37,302 nt of DNA, taken from positions 5,290 to 42,591 of the forward strand of contig DFDL01000046.1 in the NCBI GenBank assembly GCA_002367715.1, in the 5' to 3' direction. This stretch comes from Actinobacteria bacterium UBA3028 (GTDB taxonomy: Bacteria; Actinomycetota; Actinomycetes; Nanopelagicales; Nanopelagicaceae). Made by a program: the position numbers and the translations under genes. Positions within the stretch are counted from its first letter, which is position 1. Each line of letters opens with the position of its first letter. This document shows positions 1-8,542 of this stretch, piece after piece. Under the pieces are notes generated by a model. It worked only from the letters and a program-made list of their open reading frames with translations, did no database searches and was not told where the DNA came from.

Positions 1-20
1 TTCAAGTCCCCTCTCGGACA
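1..20 (+). tRNA. 3' part of a tRNA, probably tRNA-Leu (truncated by window start)
   Basis: TTCAAGT T-loop, CCCCT T-stem 3' arm, CTCGGAC acceptor 3' arm, discriminator A. This resembles the 3' end of actinobacterial tRNA-Leu(GAG) (…GGTTCAAGTCCCCCCTCGGACA). The anticodon is outside the window and no full CCA is encoded. Confidence 0.8.
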
Positions 21-66
21 CGCAACATCGTTAAATACGAGCCGTATCTTGGCGAACTACCTATGA

Positions 67-92
67 TTCGATTTCGTAATTGGTAAATCGAA
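67..92. promoter_or_regulatory. Perfect 8-bp inverted repeat TTCGATTT-N10-AAATCGAA, candidate operator or hairpin upstream of the ADH gene
   Basis: Read directly. It abuts a TATGAT -10-like hexamer at 62-67, and an AGGAG SD precedes ATG 120. There is no U-tract, so it is not a classic terminator. Confidence 0.4.
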
Positions 93-119
93 GATAGAAA
101 TGAACTACAGAGGAGAATC

Positions 120-1160
120 ATGCAGGCAAAAGGTTACGCCGTCCCACAAGCTTCTAAGCCACTAGAACCATTTACCTTTGAACGTCGCGATCTGAAACCT
201 GGCGACGTGCAGTTAGATATTGCCTATGCCGGTATCTGTCACTCAGATATTCATCAAGCGCGTGAAGAGTGGGGTCCAGCGATCTTCCCAATGGTTCCAG
301 GTCATGAGATTGCAGGCGTAGTAACAGCCATTGGCTCTTCAGTTACCAAGTTCAAAGTCGGAGATCGAATTGGAGTTGGCGTATTTATTGATTCATGTCG
401 TAAGTGCAGCTCCTGTAAGGCTGGACTTGAACAATATTGCGTAGAGGGAATGACTGGGACTTATAACGGCTATGAAAGAGATGGCAAGACAGTTGCCCAA
501 GGTGGTTATTCAAATGTTTTTGTAGTCGATCAGGATTACGCAATAAAGATTCCAGATAATCTTGAGATGTCCGGAGTTGCCCCACTTCTATGTGCCGGAA
601 TCACACTTTATTCACCGCTTAAAAATTGGGGTGCAACTAAAGGAAAGAAAGTTGGAATAATTGGCCTTGGCGGACTAGGCCATATGGGTCTCAAATTTTC
701 CGCAGCGCTAGGTGCTCACACAACTGTTTTTTCCCACTCTCCAAATAAAGAGAGTGATGCAAGAGCGATGGGCGCAGATGATTTTATCGTCACCAAAGAT
801 GTTAAAGATCTAGCAAAGCTACCTAAGGATTTTGACTTAATCCTAAATACGGTGTCAGCCGACATGGATCTCACTCCATTTCTTGAACTGTTAAAACTTG
901 ATGGAACTCTGGTTTTAATCGGTCTACCTGGAAAGCCTTATGAAATCAGCACACCTACTCTCCTAGCCCAACGTAGATCTTTGGCAGGATCGATGATTGG
1001 TGGAATAGCACAGACCCAGGAGATGTTAAATTTCTGTGGTGAACATAACATCCTGAGTGATGTTGAAGTTATTGATCCCGAATATATAAACACCGCCTAC
1101 GAGCGAACAGTCAAGAGTGATGTGAAATATCGTTTTGTTATCGATGCCAAGAAGTTCTAA
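120..1160 (+). CDS. Zn-dependent NAD(P)H alcohol dehydrogenase/aldehyde reductase (cinnamyl-ADH/YahK/AdhC-like)
   Basis: Catalytic Zn motifs CHSD and GHE; structural Zn CRKCSSC…C; GLGGLG Rossmann motif; SHS after the second beta strand (NADP-type); C-terminal YRFVID. Confidence 0.93.
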   Translation: MQAKGYAVPQASKPLEPFTFERRDLKPGDVQLDIAYAGICHSDIHQAREEWGPAIFPMVPGHEIAGVVTAIGSSVTKFKVGDRIGVGVFIDSCRKCSSCKAGLEQYCVEGMTGTYNGYERDGKTVAQGGYSNVFVVDQDYAIKIPDNLEMSGVAPLLCAGITLYSPLKNWGATKGKKVGIIGLGGLGHMGLKFSAALGAHTTVFSHSPNKESDARAMGADDFIVTKDVKDLAKLPKDFDLILNTVSADMDLTPFLELLKLDGTLVLIGLPGKPYEISTPTLLAQRRSLAGSMIGGIAQTQEMLNFCGEHNILSDVEVIDPEYINTAYERTVKSDVKYRFVIDAKKF

Positions 1161-1163
1161 TTT

Positions 1164-1898
1164 CTAAGTAAATGCATTAACCAATCCTGCTATTGCCGGT
1201 GCTAGAAAAAGTGCCGGCAACAAATTGCCTACCGGTATCTGCTTTATCTGCAGCATGCGAAGGGCAATTCCTAGTAGAAGAATTCCGCCCGTTGCTGTCA
1301 TTGCAAGAATTTGGTATTCCGGAAGTACCGCCCCCAGAGTAAAACCGATTCCTGTCCATCCAAATTGATAGATACCGACCGGCAGCGCCGATACCGCTAC
1401 ACCCCAACCCATTGAGGCCGCAAAGGCAATTGACGTCACCCCGTCTAGAACACTTTTTAAAACCAATTGATCAATCCCAGTTCCCATCCCATCGCTTACC
1501 GAACCCAAAATTGCCAATGGGCCAATTACGAAGAGCAATGATGCTGATACAAAACCATCAACAAAGGGAGAAGAGCCTTGAGGATCGAATCTCCTCTTTA
1601 ACTTTGAGCCGAAAATTTCCAATTTTTTTTCGATTCCCAGAGCGTTGCCGATAAGTGCTCCCAAGAGAAGTGCGATCAGGATGGTAAGTAGGGTCCAGCC
1701 TTTAGGAAGCGAGGCTACAAGTTCCTCGTTCCACAATTTTGAGATTGAATCAGCGGCAGCTAGAAGAGTTACGAAACCAAGGGCGGTAGTTATAAGATTG
1801 CGGGCATCTTCTCGAAATCTTGATCCGGCTACGATTCCCAGCAGAGAGCCAAAAAGAATCGCCAAAACATTTATCACAGTGCCGAGGCCGATAAACAT
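1164..1898 (-). CDS. DUF554 family membrane protein (YqgA/YdfK-like)
   Basis: GTVIN start, GFVSASLLF…GP.AILGS..DG, LKSVLDG, C-terminal NLLPAL; multiple TM helices; GGAGGAG SD. Confidence 0.88.
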   Translation of the reverse strand: MFIGLGTVINVLAILFGSLLGIVAGSRFREDARNLITTALGFVTLLAAADSISKLWNEELVASLPKGWTLLTILIALLLGALIGNALGIEKKLEIFGSKLKRRFDPQGSSPFVDGFVSASLLFVIGPLAILGSVSDGMGTGIDQLVLKSVLDGVTSIAFAASMGWGVAVSALPVGIYQFGWTGIGFTLGAVLPEYQILAMTATGGILLLGIALRMLQIKQIPVGNLLPALFLAPAIAGLVNAFT

Positions 1899-1913
1899 CC
1901 ACTCTCCTCCGCT

Positions 1914-1939
1914 AATTCACTAAACTATCCGAGTGAATT
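1914..1939. promoter_or_regulatory. Perfect 8-bp inverted repeat AATTCACT-N10-AGTGAATT spanning the yczE -10 (TAAACT 1921-1926) and GTG start
   Basis: Read directly; it lies in and just beyond the 34-bp divergent gap between DUF554 and yczE. Confidence 0.45.
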
Positions 1940-2634
1940 CTAATGGGTATCTCCAAGCTCTTATGCACTTTATAAAGCCAGCTCGGACTATTCCTCACAC
2001 CACATGGATGGCGAAAAATCGCTGGAATATCACCTTTAAGAATCTTCCACCCTTGTTCTTTGGATTAGCAATCTTTGGTATTGGCGAGGCTCTTCTGATC
2101 GAATCTACAATCGGGAACTCACCATGGTCGGTCTTCGCGCAGGGTCTCTCATTGCGAACTCCGCTATCAATCGGAGAATCAACTGCTGTCATAAGTGTTG
2201 GAGTCTTGCTTCTCTGGTTACCACTTCGCGAACGCCCTGGATTTGGAACCATAGCCAATATTGCGATCATTGCACTCTTTGTTCAGATAGGTGTCGATCA
2301 CATTCCCACTACTGAGAATCAATTTCTGCTCCAGATCGCATATGTTTTGCTTGGTATCGCCCTTGTCGGAGCCGGCACTTCGCTGTACATCACTTGCGGT
2401 TTAGGCCCTGGCCCAAGAGATGGGCTAATGACATCACTTCACAGAAAAACTGGAATCCGAATCGCGCGCGTCCGAATCGCGATCGAAGTTACAGTGTTAA
2501 TTATTGGCGCCGCCCTAGGCGGTACGGTGGGTATTGGCACAGCTATGTTTGCACTATTTATCGGAAACTCCATTGCCACAAATCTAAATTTCGTAGCTAA
2601 GTTCTCCAGTCGATCTCGAGTAAACCCAATTTAG
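1933..2634 (+). CDS. YczE/YyaS/YitT family membrane protein
   Basis: GNSPWSVFAQGL, PGFGT, LGPGPRDGLM, GGTVGIGT motifs; hydrophobic; GTG start preceded by TAAACT-N6. Confidence 0.87.
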   Translation: MNSNGYLQALMHFIKPARTIPHTTWMAKNRWNITFKNLPPLFFGLAIFGIGEALLIESTIGNSPWSVFAQGLSLRTPLSIGESTAVISVGVLLLWLPLRERPGFGTIANIAIIALFVQIGVDHIPTTENQFLLQIAYVLLGIALVGAGTSLYITCGLGPGPRDGLMTSLHRKTGIRIARVRIAIEVTVLIIGAALGGTVGIGTAMFALFIGNSIATNLNFVAKFSSRSRVNPI

Positions 2635-3229
2635 TCAATCTCGCATTAACTTCGCTAAATGGCTTAGAACCAAAGAAACCGCGGTAGGCCGAAAGTGGAC
2701 TTGGATGAACTCCTTCAACCACTAAATCTGGATTCACTAACATAGAAAGTTCCCGAGCCTGATTACCCCAGAGAACAAATACCACCTCTCGCGTAGCCAA
2801 ATACCTAATTACTAACTCTGTGAACTCCTGCCATCCGGATTCTCTATGGGCATTTGATCTTCCTGGCACAGTCGTTAGCGTTCGATTCAATAGCATCACT
2901 CCCTGGCTCTGCCAACTTGTTAAATCACCACTGGTATTCGCGCATCCAATATCACTTTTAATCTCCTTAAAAATATTTCGAAGACTCGCTGGAAGAACCG
3001 CTCTTGCAGACGGAATGCTAAAAGCTAAACCCATGGCATCCTGGCTATTTGGGTAAGGATCTTGCCCAACAATGCAGACTTTTATCTCCGAAATGGGCGT
3101 GGTAAATGCCCGAAAAACATCTTCAATTTCTGGTATGAAACCTTGACCAACCTGAATTCTTTCCAAAAGTGCTTGAGCTTCGGGCAGCGCCTGGCACCAT
3201 TGTGATGGCAGATGCTCGAAAAAATTCAC
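2597..3229 (-). CDS. ung: Uracil-DNA glycosylase, family 1
   Basis: GQDPYP water-activating loop, GLAFS, SLRNI, LLN, HPSPLS motifs. Confidence 0.95.
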   Translation of the reverse strand: MNFFEHLPSQWCQALPEAQALLERIQVGQGFIPEIEDVFRAFTTPISEIKVCIVGQDPYPNSQDAMGLAFSIPSARAVLPASLRNIFKEIKSDIGCANTSGDLTSWQSQGVMLLNRTLTTVPGRSNAHRESGWQEFTELVIRYLATREVVFVLWGNQARELSMLVNPDLVVEGVHPSPLSAYRGFFGSKPFSEVNARLTKLGLLEIDWRT

Positions 3230-3231
3230 AT

Positions 3232-4011
3232 CTATGCGCTAGCGGTGAAGCGATTATTTGTTCTCGTAACAGTAATCTCAATATCGTAGCCACGCGTTAA
3301 ATTCTCCGAAGTAATAACCTCTGCGATCGGCCCACTTGCAACAATCGATCCTCCCTTTAAGAGAAGCCCATGTGTAGAACCCGCAGGAATTTCTTCAATA
3401 TGGTGGGTAATTATTACTGTCGAGGGCGCAAGTGGGTCCAGCGCCAAATTATCAAATCGGCGTAGCAAATCTTCTCGACCCCCTAAATCTAAACCTGAGG
3501 CTGGTTCATCCAATAAAAGTAACTCAGGATCTGCCATCAGCGCCCTGGCTATCAGTGTTCGTTTCTTCTCACCTTCACTTAACGTTGCGAATTTACGTTC
3601 TGCTAACTCGCGAACCCCGATAGTTGTCAACAATCCTTGTGCTCGGGATTCATCCCAAAGTTCATAACTCTCTTGCCAGCGACCCAAGACTGCATAAGCG
3701 GCAGTGAGTACAACATCAATTACCTTCTCATCCTCCGGAAATTGTGGAACCAAAGTGGAGCCCATAAAACCGATCCGAGTTCGCAATTCAAAGACATCGA
3801 CAGCACCTAACCGCTCACCAAGTATCGAGACCGAACCGGTCGTTGGGTGAATCTGAGTAGAGCACAGACCAAATAGCGTCGATTTACCTGCACCATTTGG
3901 GCCAAGAATTACCCAACGCTCGCTCTCATTTACCTGCCAACTTATGGGTCCTAAGATAGTTTTTCCGTCACGAACTACGGTGGCGTTCTCAACTTTAAGA
4001 ACTGGAATCAC
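3232..4011 (-). CDS. Orphan ABC transporter ATP-binding protein (ModF/YlmA-like)
   Basis: Walker A GPNGAGKST, signature LSEGE, Walker B LLLDEP, H-loop THH; no adjacent permease. Confidence 0.88.
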   Translation of the reverse strand: MIPVLKVENATVVRDGKTILGPISWQVNESERWVILGPNGAGKSTLFGLCSTQIHPTTGSVSILGERLGAVDVFELRTRIGFMGSTLVPQFPEDEKVIDVVLTAAYAVLGRWQESYELWDESRAQGLLTTIGVRELAERKFATLSEGEKKRTLIARALMADPELLLLDEPASGLDLGGREDLLRRFDNLALDPLAPSTVIITHHIEEIPAGSTHGLLLKGGSIVASGPIAEVITSENLTRGYDIEITVTRTNNRFTASA

Positions 4012-4018
4012 AGGCGTA

Positions 4019-4024
4019 AAGATA
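4019..4024 (-). promoter_or_regulatory. Putative -10 element (TATCTT) of a leaderless ABC ATPase-ung transcript
   Basis: TANNNT 7 nt upstream of GTG 4011; no SD. Confidence 0.45.
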
Positions 4025-4058
4025 CCTGTATCCCACGCAAGTTATCGGTAGAAACCGC

Positions 4059-4064
4059 TAATCT
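4059..4064 (+). promoter_or_regulatory. Putative -10 element (TAATCT), leaderless serB
   Basis: TANNNT exactly 6 nt upstream of GTG 4071. Confidence 0.6.
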
Positions 4065-4070
4065 AGGTAA

Positions 4071-5270
4071 GTGAGCCAGAATAAATCTCGTTATAACGGT
4101 CTGATCTTAATTTCAGGCGTCGATGCCCCCGGCGTTACGCAGGCTCTCTTCAACGCCCTGCAAGAATTTTCGGTAGAGGTACTCGATATCGAGCAAGTTG
4201 TGATCCGCGGTCGTCTAATCCTCACAACTCTGATTTCATTAGATCCAGCACATGCAAGTGCAATTGAGAAAGATCTCTTCGCTGCCATTGCACCTCTAGG
4301 GCTAGATCTGGCCTTGGATTTTACGGAAGAAAATAGCAAAGAGAGTAGCTCCTCGAACTTACATTTAGTCGCCCTTTCACAAGAGCTGCGACCATCAGGT
4401 ATTGCGGCCCTAGCAGCAAAAATATCTGATCAAGGTGGAAACATTGATCGGATTCGACGCACCGCCTCTTACCCATTAACGGCTATCGAATTTGAGATAA
4501 CACTCAATTTGAGTGAAAGCACGCTAAAGACTATTCAGCGTGAATTAGCAGAGATTGCACGTGAGCATGGAATTGATATCGCTGTCGAGAGCAGTGGTTT
4601 GACCCGCCGGGCCAAGCGAATTGTTCTCCTTGATATGGACTCAACTCTCATTAAGCAAGAGGTCATTGATCTAATTGCCCAGAAGCATCATGTTGGCCCA
4701 CAAGTTGCTGAGATTACAGAACAGGCGATGCGTGGTGAATTGGATTTTACTGCCTCACTACAAGCGCGAGTGCAACTCCTATCTGGCGCAGATATCTCCC
4801 TCTTGGATCAGGTAAAGAATGAAATCACCTTAACTCCTGGCGCCAGAACACTAATTCGCACACTACATAAGCTCGGTCATAAGGTGGGAGTAGTCTCTGG
4901 TGGATTCCTAGATGTGATTGAACCTCTACTGCAGGAATTGGAGATCGACTTTTACCGCGCCAATAAGTTGGAGATAATCGATGGAAAAATCACTGGACGT
5001 TTAGAAGGTCAGATAATAGATCGAAAGGCCAAAGCTCAATCTTTAATTGACTTCGCGGCTATTGAAGGAGTAACACTTGCCCAGACCATAGCTATCGGAG
5101 ATGGCGCTAACGATCTAGGCATGATTGAGATCGCTGGTCTAGGAATCGCTTTCAATGCCAAACCAGCTGTTCGCGCGGCGGCAACAAGTTCGATTACCTC
5201 ACCATATCTAGATTCAGTTCTTTATTTGATGGGCATAACGCGAGATGAGATTGATAGCGCAGATAACTAA
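4071..5270 (+). CDS. serB: Phosphoserine phosphatase with two N-terminal ACT domains
   Basis: HAD motifs DMDSTL, SGGF, K, GDGAND; ACT repeats (SGVDAPG; GGNIDRI). Confidence 0.95.
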   Translation: MSQNKSRYNGLILISGVDAPGVTQALFNALQEFSVEVLDIEQVVIRGRLILTTLISLDPAHASAIEKDLFAAIAPLGLDLALDFTEENSKESSSSNLHLVALSQELRPSGIAALAAKISDQGGNIDRIRRTASYPLTAIEFEITLNLSESTLKTIQRELAEIAREHGIDIAVESSGLTRRAKRIVLLDMDSTLIKQEVIDLIAQKHHVGPQVAEITEQAMRGELDFTASLQARVQLLSGADISLLDQVKNEITLTPGARTLIRTLHKLGHKVGVVSGGFLDVIEPLLQELEIDFYRANKLEIIDGKITGRLEGQIIDRKAKAQSLIDFAAIEGVTLAQTIAIGDGANDLGMIEIAGLGIAFNAKPAVRAAATSSITSPYLDSVLYLMGITRDEIDSADN

Positions 5271-5277
5271 TATCTAG

Positions 5278-6126
5278 CTATAGCCGGCAAGCGTGAATAT
5301 CAGTTACCAAAATTCCTCTGGCACCAACGCTCCATAGCTCATCCATAATTCTATTTATATCCGATTTCTTAACCATTGCCCGGACCGCGCTCCAACCAGA
5401 TCTCTGTAGTGGCGAAATAGTTGGGGATTCAATTCCAGGAGTTATTGCGCAGGCCTTCTCTAGATCATCTATACTCACATCATAATCGACTAAAACATAC
5501 TGCCTAGCTATTACTACGCCATTTAGGCGGCGAATTAAAGTCGCAATTTTCTCTGAATCTTCAAACCCTGATCGCGAGATCAAGAGCGCCTCACTCTGCA
5601 AGAGAGTTTCGCCGAAGATTTTTAGACCAGCGGCACGCAGGGTGCCACCGGTCGAGACAACATCTGCAATTACATCTGCTACTCCAAGTCGAATTGCACT
5701 CTCTACGGCGCCATCTAATCGCACAATAGTTGCAGAAATACCCTTATCTTGTAGGTACTTCGCCAATAATCCAGGATAGGCAGTTGCTATTCGCTTACCC
5801 TCTAACGCCAGATCTGAACTCTCATTTGCTTGCGGACTGGCGAATCGGAAGGAGCTTTTTCCAAAATCTAGCGCCAAAATTTCTTGCGCCTTAGCGCCTG
5901 AATCAATCAAAAGATCCCGACCTGTTATACCGGCCTCAAGTTCACCACTTCCCACATAGATTGCGATATCGCGTGGGCGCAGATAATAAAACTCAACGTC
6001 ATTATCCGGATCTATAAACACAAGGTCTCGAACATCACCACGCTGTCGATAGCCAGCCTCTTTTAGCATCTGAATCGAGCTCTCTGAAAGAGAGCCCTTA
6101 TTTGGCACTGCAATCCGAAGTGTCAC
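5278..6126 (-). CDS. hisG: ATP phosphoribosyltransferase, long form
   Basis: IAVPNKG, RPRDI, GITGRD, DVVSTGGTL; C-terminal regulatory domain PGIESPTISPL. Confidence 0.96.
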   Translation of the reverse strand: MTLRIAVPNKGSLSESSIQMLKEAGYRQRGDVRDLVFIDPDNDVEFYYLRPRDIAIYVGSGELEAGITGRDLLIDSGAKAQEILALDFGKSSFRFASPQANESSDLALEGKRIATAYPGLLAKYLQDKGISATIVRLDGAVESAIRLGVADVIADVVSTGGTLRAAGLKIFGETLLQSEALLISRSGFEDSEKIATLIRRLNGVVIARQYVLVDYDVSIDDLEKACAITPGIESPTISPLQRSGWSAVRAMVKKSDINRIMDELWSVGARGILVTDIHACRL

Positions 6127-6138
6127 AAAATTTCCTAA

Positions 6139-6402
6139 CTATAATTTAGAATTGATATCGGATAATTTAATACTCTTGGCAATCATCAGAACTTGTACGT
6201 GATAGAGCAATTGGCTAATTTCCAGAGCTAGAGCGCTATCGCTCTCATGTTCGGCCGCCATCCAGACCTCGGAAGCCTCTTCAACAATTTTTTTGCCGAT
6301 TGCGTGGACCCCAGCATCGAGAAGCTTTATAGTCCCAGAGCCTTCTGGCCTAGCCCTGGATATCTCAGATAGTTCATCGAACAACTCTTCAAAAGTTTTC
6401 AT
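6139..6402 (-). CDS. hisE: Phosphoribosyl-ATP pyrophosphatase
   Basis: [27 protein letters not shown]; upstream of hisG as in other actinobacteria. Confidence 0.95.
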   Translation of the reverse strand: MKTFEELFDELSEISRARPEGSGTIKLLDAGVHAIGKKIVEEASEVWMAAEHESDSALALEISQLLYHVQVLMIAKSIKLSDINSKL

Positions 6403-6408
6403 AAGCGA

Positions 6409-6414
6409 ATTTTA
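6409..6414 (-). promoter_or_regulatory. Putative -10 element (TAAAAT), leaderless hisEG
   Basis: TANNNT exactly 6 nt upstream of ATG 6402; no SD. Confidence 0.6.
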
Positions 6415-6472
6415 ACCCAGATTGATAGCGCCAAGTGCGCCTATTAACCTCTATCAAAATCGAGTAAATTTC

Positions 6473-7129
6473 TTAGACCTCGGCGGCGGCTCGTAGTTTC
6501 AAAACCATCTCCCCTGGATTAGAAGCGCTAAATACCGCGCTACCTGCGACAAAGGTATCTGCGCCTGCTTTGCTGGCTGTTGCGATGGTCTCAATGTTGA
6601 TTCCGCCATCGACCTGCAACCAGATTCGCCCTAGATGGTGCTCGTCAATCTCTCGTCTAGCCTCCTCCACCTTACCCATCATATTTCTCATGAAACTCTG
6701 GCCACCAAATCCAGGTTCGACAGTCATAACAAGAACCATATCGAGTGATTCCAGGTACGGTGCAATCTGTGCAAATGCGGTATCTGGTTTTAGTGCAATT
6801 CCAACCCGTGCGCCCGCTTCTCTTATTCGTTCAATAGTTTCTTGCGGCTTAGAGCTAGCCTCGAGATGAAAGGTTACGCCCATCGCTCCTGCCTCTGCGT
6901 ATTTCGCAGCATCCTGATCTGGATTTGAGATCATCAGATGTACATCCACCGGCAGCGCCGAACTCGAAATTATATTTTTTGCCTCATCAAAGGCGAAGGT
7001 GCTATTTGGGACAAAAATTCCATCCATGATATCTAAGTGGAGTAGATCAGCCTGTTCACTAACTTTCGCAATTTCGCTCTGCAGTTTTGAATGGTCTGCG
7101 TTCAGGATACTAGGACAGATGCGCTTCAA
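6473..7129 (-). CDS. rpe: Ribulose-phosphate 3-epimerase
   Basis: PSIL, HLDIMDG.FVPN, DVHLM, MTVEPGFGGQ, VDGGI. The likely start is TTG 7129 after a GGGGAG SD; the ORF track extends to 7150. Confidence 0.95.
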   Translation of the reverse strand: MKRICPSILNADHSKLQSEIAKVSEQADLLHLDIMDGIFVPNSTFAFDEAKNIISSSALPVDVHLMISNPDQDAAKYAEAGAMGVTFHLEASSKPQETIERIREAGARVGIALKPDTAFAQIAPYLESLDMVLVMTVEPGFGGQSFMRNMMGKVEEARREIDEHHLGRIWLQVDGGINIETIATASKAGADTFVAGSAVFSASNPGEMVLKLRAAAEV

Positions 7130-7168
7130 TTGCTCCCCCCATCTCTCCACGCCAATAATAAACTCAAC

Positions 7169-8542
7169 TTATAGTTTCTTGCGGAGCAACGCCATAAACA
7201 TAGAATCTGAGCCATCTAAATGTGTCCAAAGTTGAAGTGTTCCATCGGCTAGAACCCCTGTTGAACCAGCAGGGGAAAACTCAGAGATATCCATAAGTTC
7301 TAGATCCTTGAATCTATGTTTAGCATCAAGTATCTGAGCCTTAGTCTCAGCCAGAAGAGGTGAGCATGTTGCAAATCCGATTATGCCTCCTGGATTTAAC
7401 ATCTGGTATGCCGAATCAATTAGATCACGCTGGAGTGGAATCAACTCTTTGAGATCATTTAGAGATCGTCGCCACCTGGCTTCGGGTCTGCGGCGTAGAG
7501 CGCCTAACCCACTACAAGGAGCATCTATCAAGATTCGATCATATTTGATTGGGAAGTCTTCGAATTTGCGTCCATCAAAACTTATGATCTGCGAAGCCGG
7601 AAGAACCCTTGCCACTAGTTCGGCGCGATGTTTCGTTGGTTCATTGGCTGTAAAGCTAACTTCCGGCGCCGACACCTTTAGAATGTTATTAATAAGTGCC
7701 GCTTTTCCGCCAGGTCCAGCGCATAAATCCAACCAATTGGCTGCGCTCTCATCTAGCGTTGCAGCAAAAATTTCTGCAACTAACTGCGAGCCCATATCTT
7801 GGATGCCAGCTCGCTTATCCTTAACTGCAGGGTAATCATTTGGTTGGTGATCAGAGAGAATTGAATATTCCCCGAATGGCAGTTTGGTGCCACCTGTTGC
7901 AAGTATTTCCTCAACGGTAGATTTTCCTGGCCATACGACGATATGTGGAGCAACTGGAATATTGTTAACCTCGAGAAGCCGCTCAACGCTCCCCCAATCT
8001 TTTAATTGGTCGAAGTATGCGCCAATAATCCACTCTGGATGTGAATACAGAATTGATAATTTATATAGCTCTGAGACTGAGATGTTGCTTCGTAGCCGAT
8101 CAAAAATTCCGGTATCTGAGCTGATGCTGCGCAGAAGGGCATTGATGTAAGTCGCTTTAGACTCGCCGGCCACAGCTCGCGCAACCTCGACGCTCTCACT
8201 TACTGCAGCGTGTATTGGTACCCGCATCTCAAAAATCTGATGTATTCCCAGCCTTAAGAGATCGACAACTATGCCATCAAGCTCGGAGAATGGCCGATCT
8301 ATCTTTGAGCTAATTGCAAAATCATGCTTTCCCTGCATCCGAAGGGTTCCATAAGATAACTCAGTTGCAAATGCTCGGTCCCGCTCTTCTAAATTAGATT
8401 TTGCTAATAGCTCTGGTAGTCGCAAATTTGCGTAAGCACCTTCACGATTTACTTGAGAGACCAGATCGTATGCCAGCAGCCTTGCAGGATTTGGGCGAGG
8501 TTTACGAAATGCTCGCTTCTCTTTCGTACTATCGTTACTCAA
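7169..8542 (-). CDS. rsmB: 16S rRNA m5C methyltransferase RsmB/Sun with N-terminal NusB-like domain
   Basis: DRAFATELSYGTLR, DLCAGPGGK, DAPCSGLG and TCS catalytic Cys motifs. Confidence 0.93.
   Translation of the reverse strand: MSNDSTKEKRAFRKPRPNPARLLAYDLVSQVNREGAYANLRLPELLAKSNLEERDRAFATELSYGTLRMQGKHDFAISSKIDRPFSELDGIVVDLLRLGIHQIFEMRVPIHAAVSESVEVARAVAGESKATYINALLRSISSDTGIFDRLRSNISVSELYKLSILYSHPEWIIGAYFDQLKDWGSVERLLEVNNIPVAPHIVVWPGKSTVEEILATGGTKLPFGEYSILSDHQPNDYPAVKDKRAGIQDMGSQLVAEIFAATLDESAANWLDLCAGPGGKAALINNILKVSAPEVSFTANEPTKHRAELVARVLPASQIISFDGRKFEDFPIKYDRILIDAPCSGLGALRRRPEARWRRSLNDLKELIPLQRDLIDSAYQMLNPGGIIGFATCSPLLAETKAQILDAKHRFKDLELMDISEFSPAGSTGVLADGTLQLWTHLDGSDSMFMALLRKKL

Noticed and set aside
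1-1160. Possible tRNA-anchored genomic island or attR site
   Set aside because: There is no integrase, no second copy of the tRNA 3' end noticed, and no obvious compositional shift. It cannot be excluded for sequence upstream of the window.
6422-6457. Intrinsic terminator or FMN riboswitch remnant after rpe
   Set aside because: The stem is imperfect on the transcribed strand, there is no U-tract, and it is too short and lacks RFN motifs.
7383-7835. 150-aa antisense ORF, and the many other 60-120 aa overlapping ORFs in the track
   Set aside because: They lie largely within well-supported housekeeping genes, mostly antisense, with Ser/Ile/Pro-rich shadow composition and no recognisable motifs.
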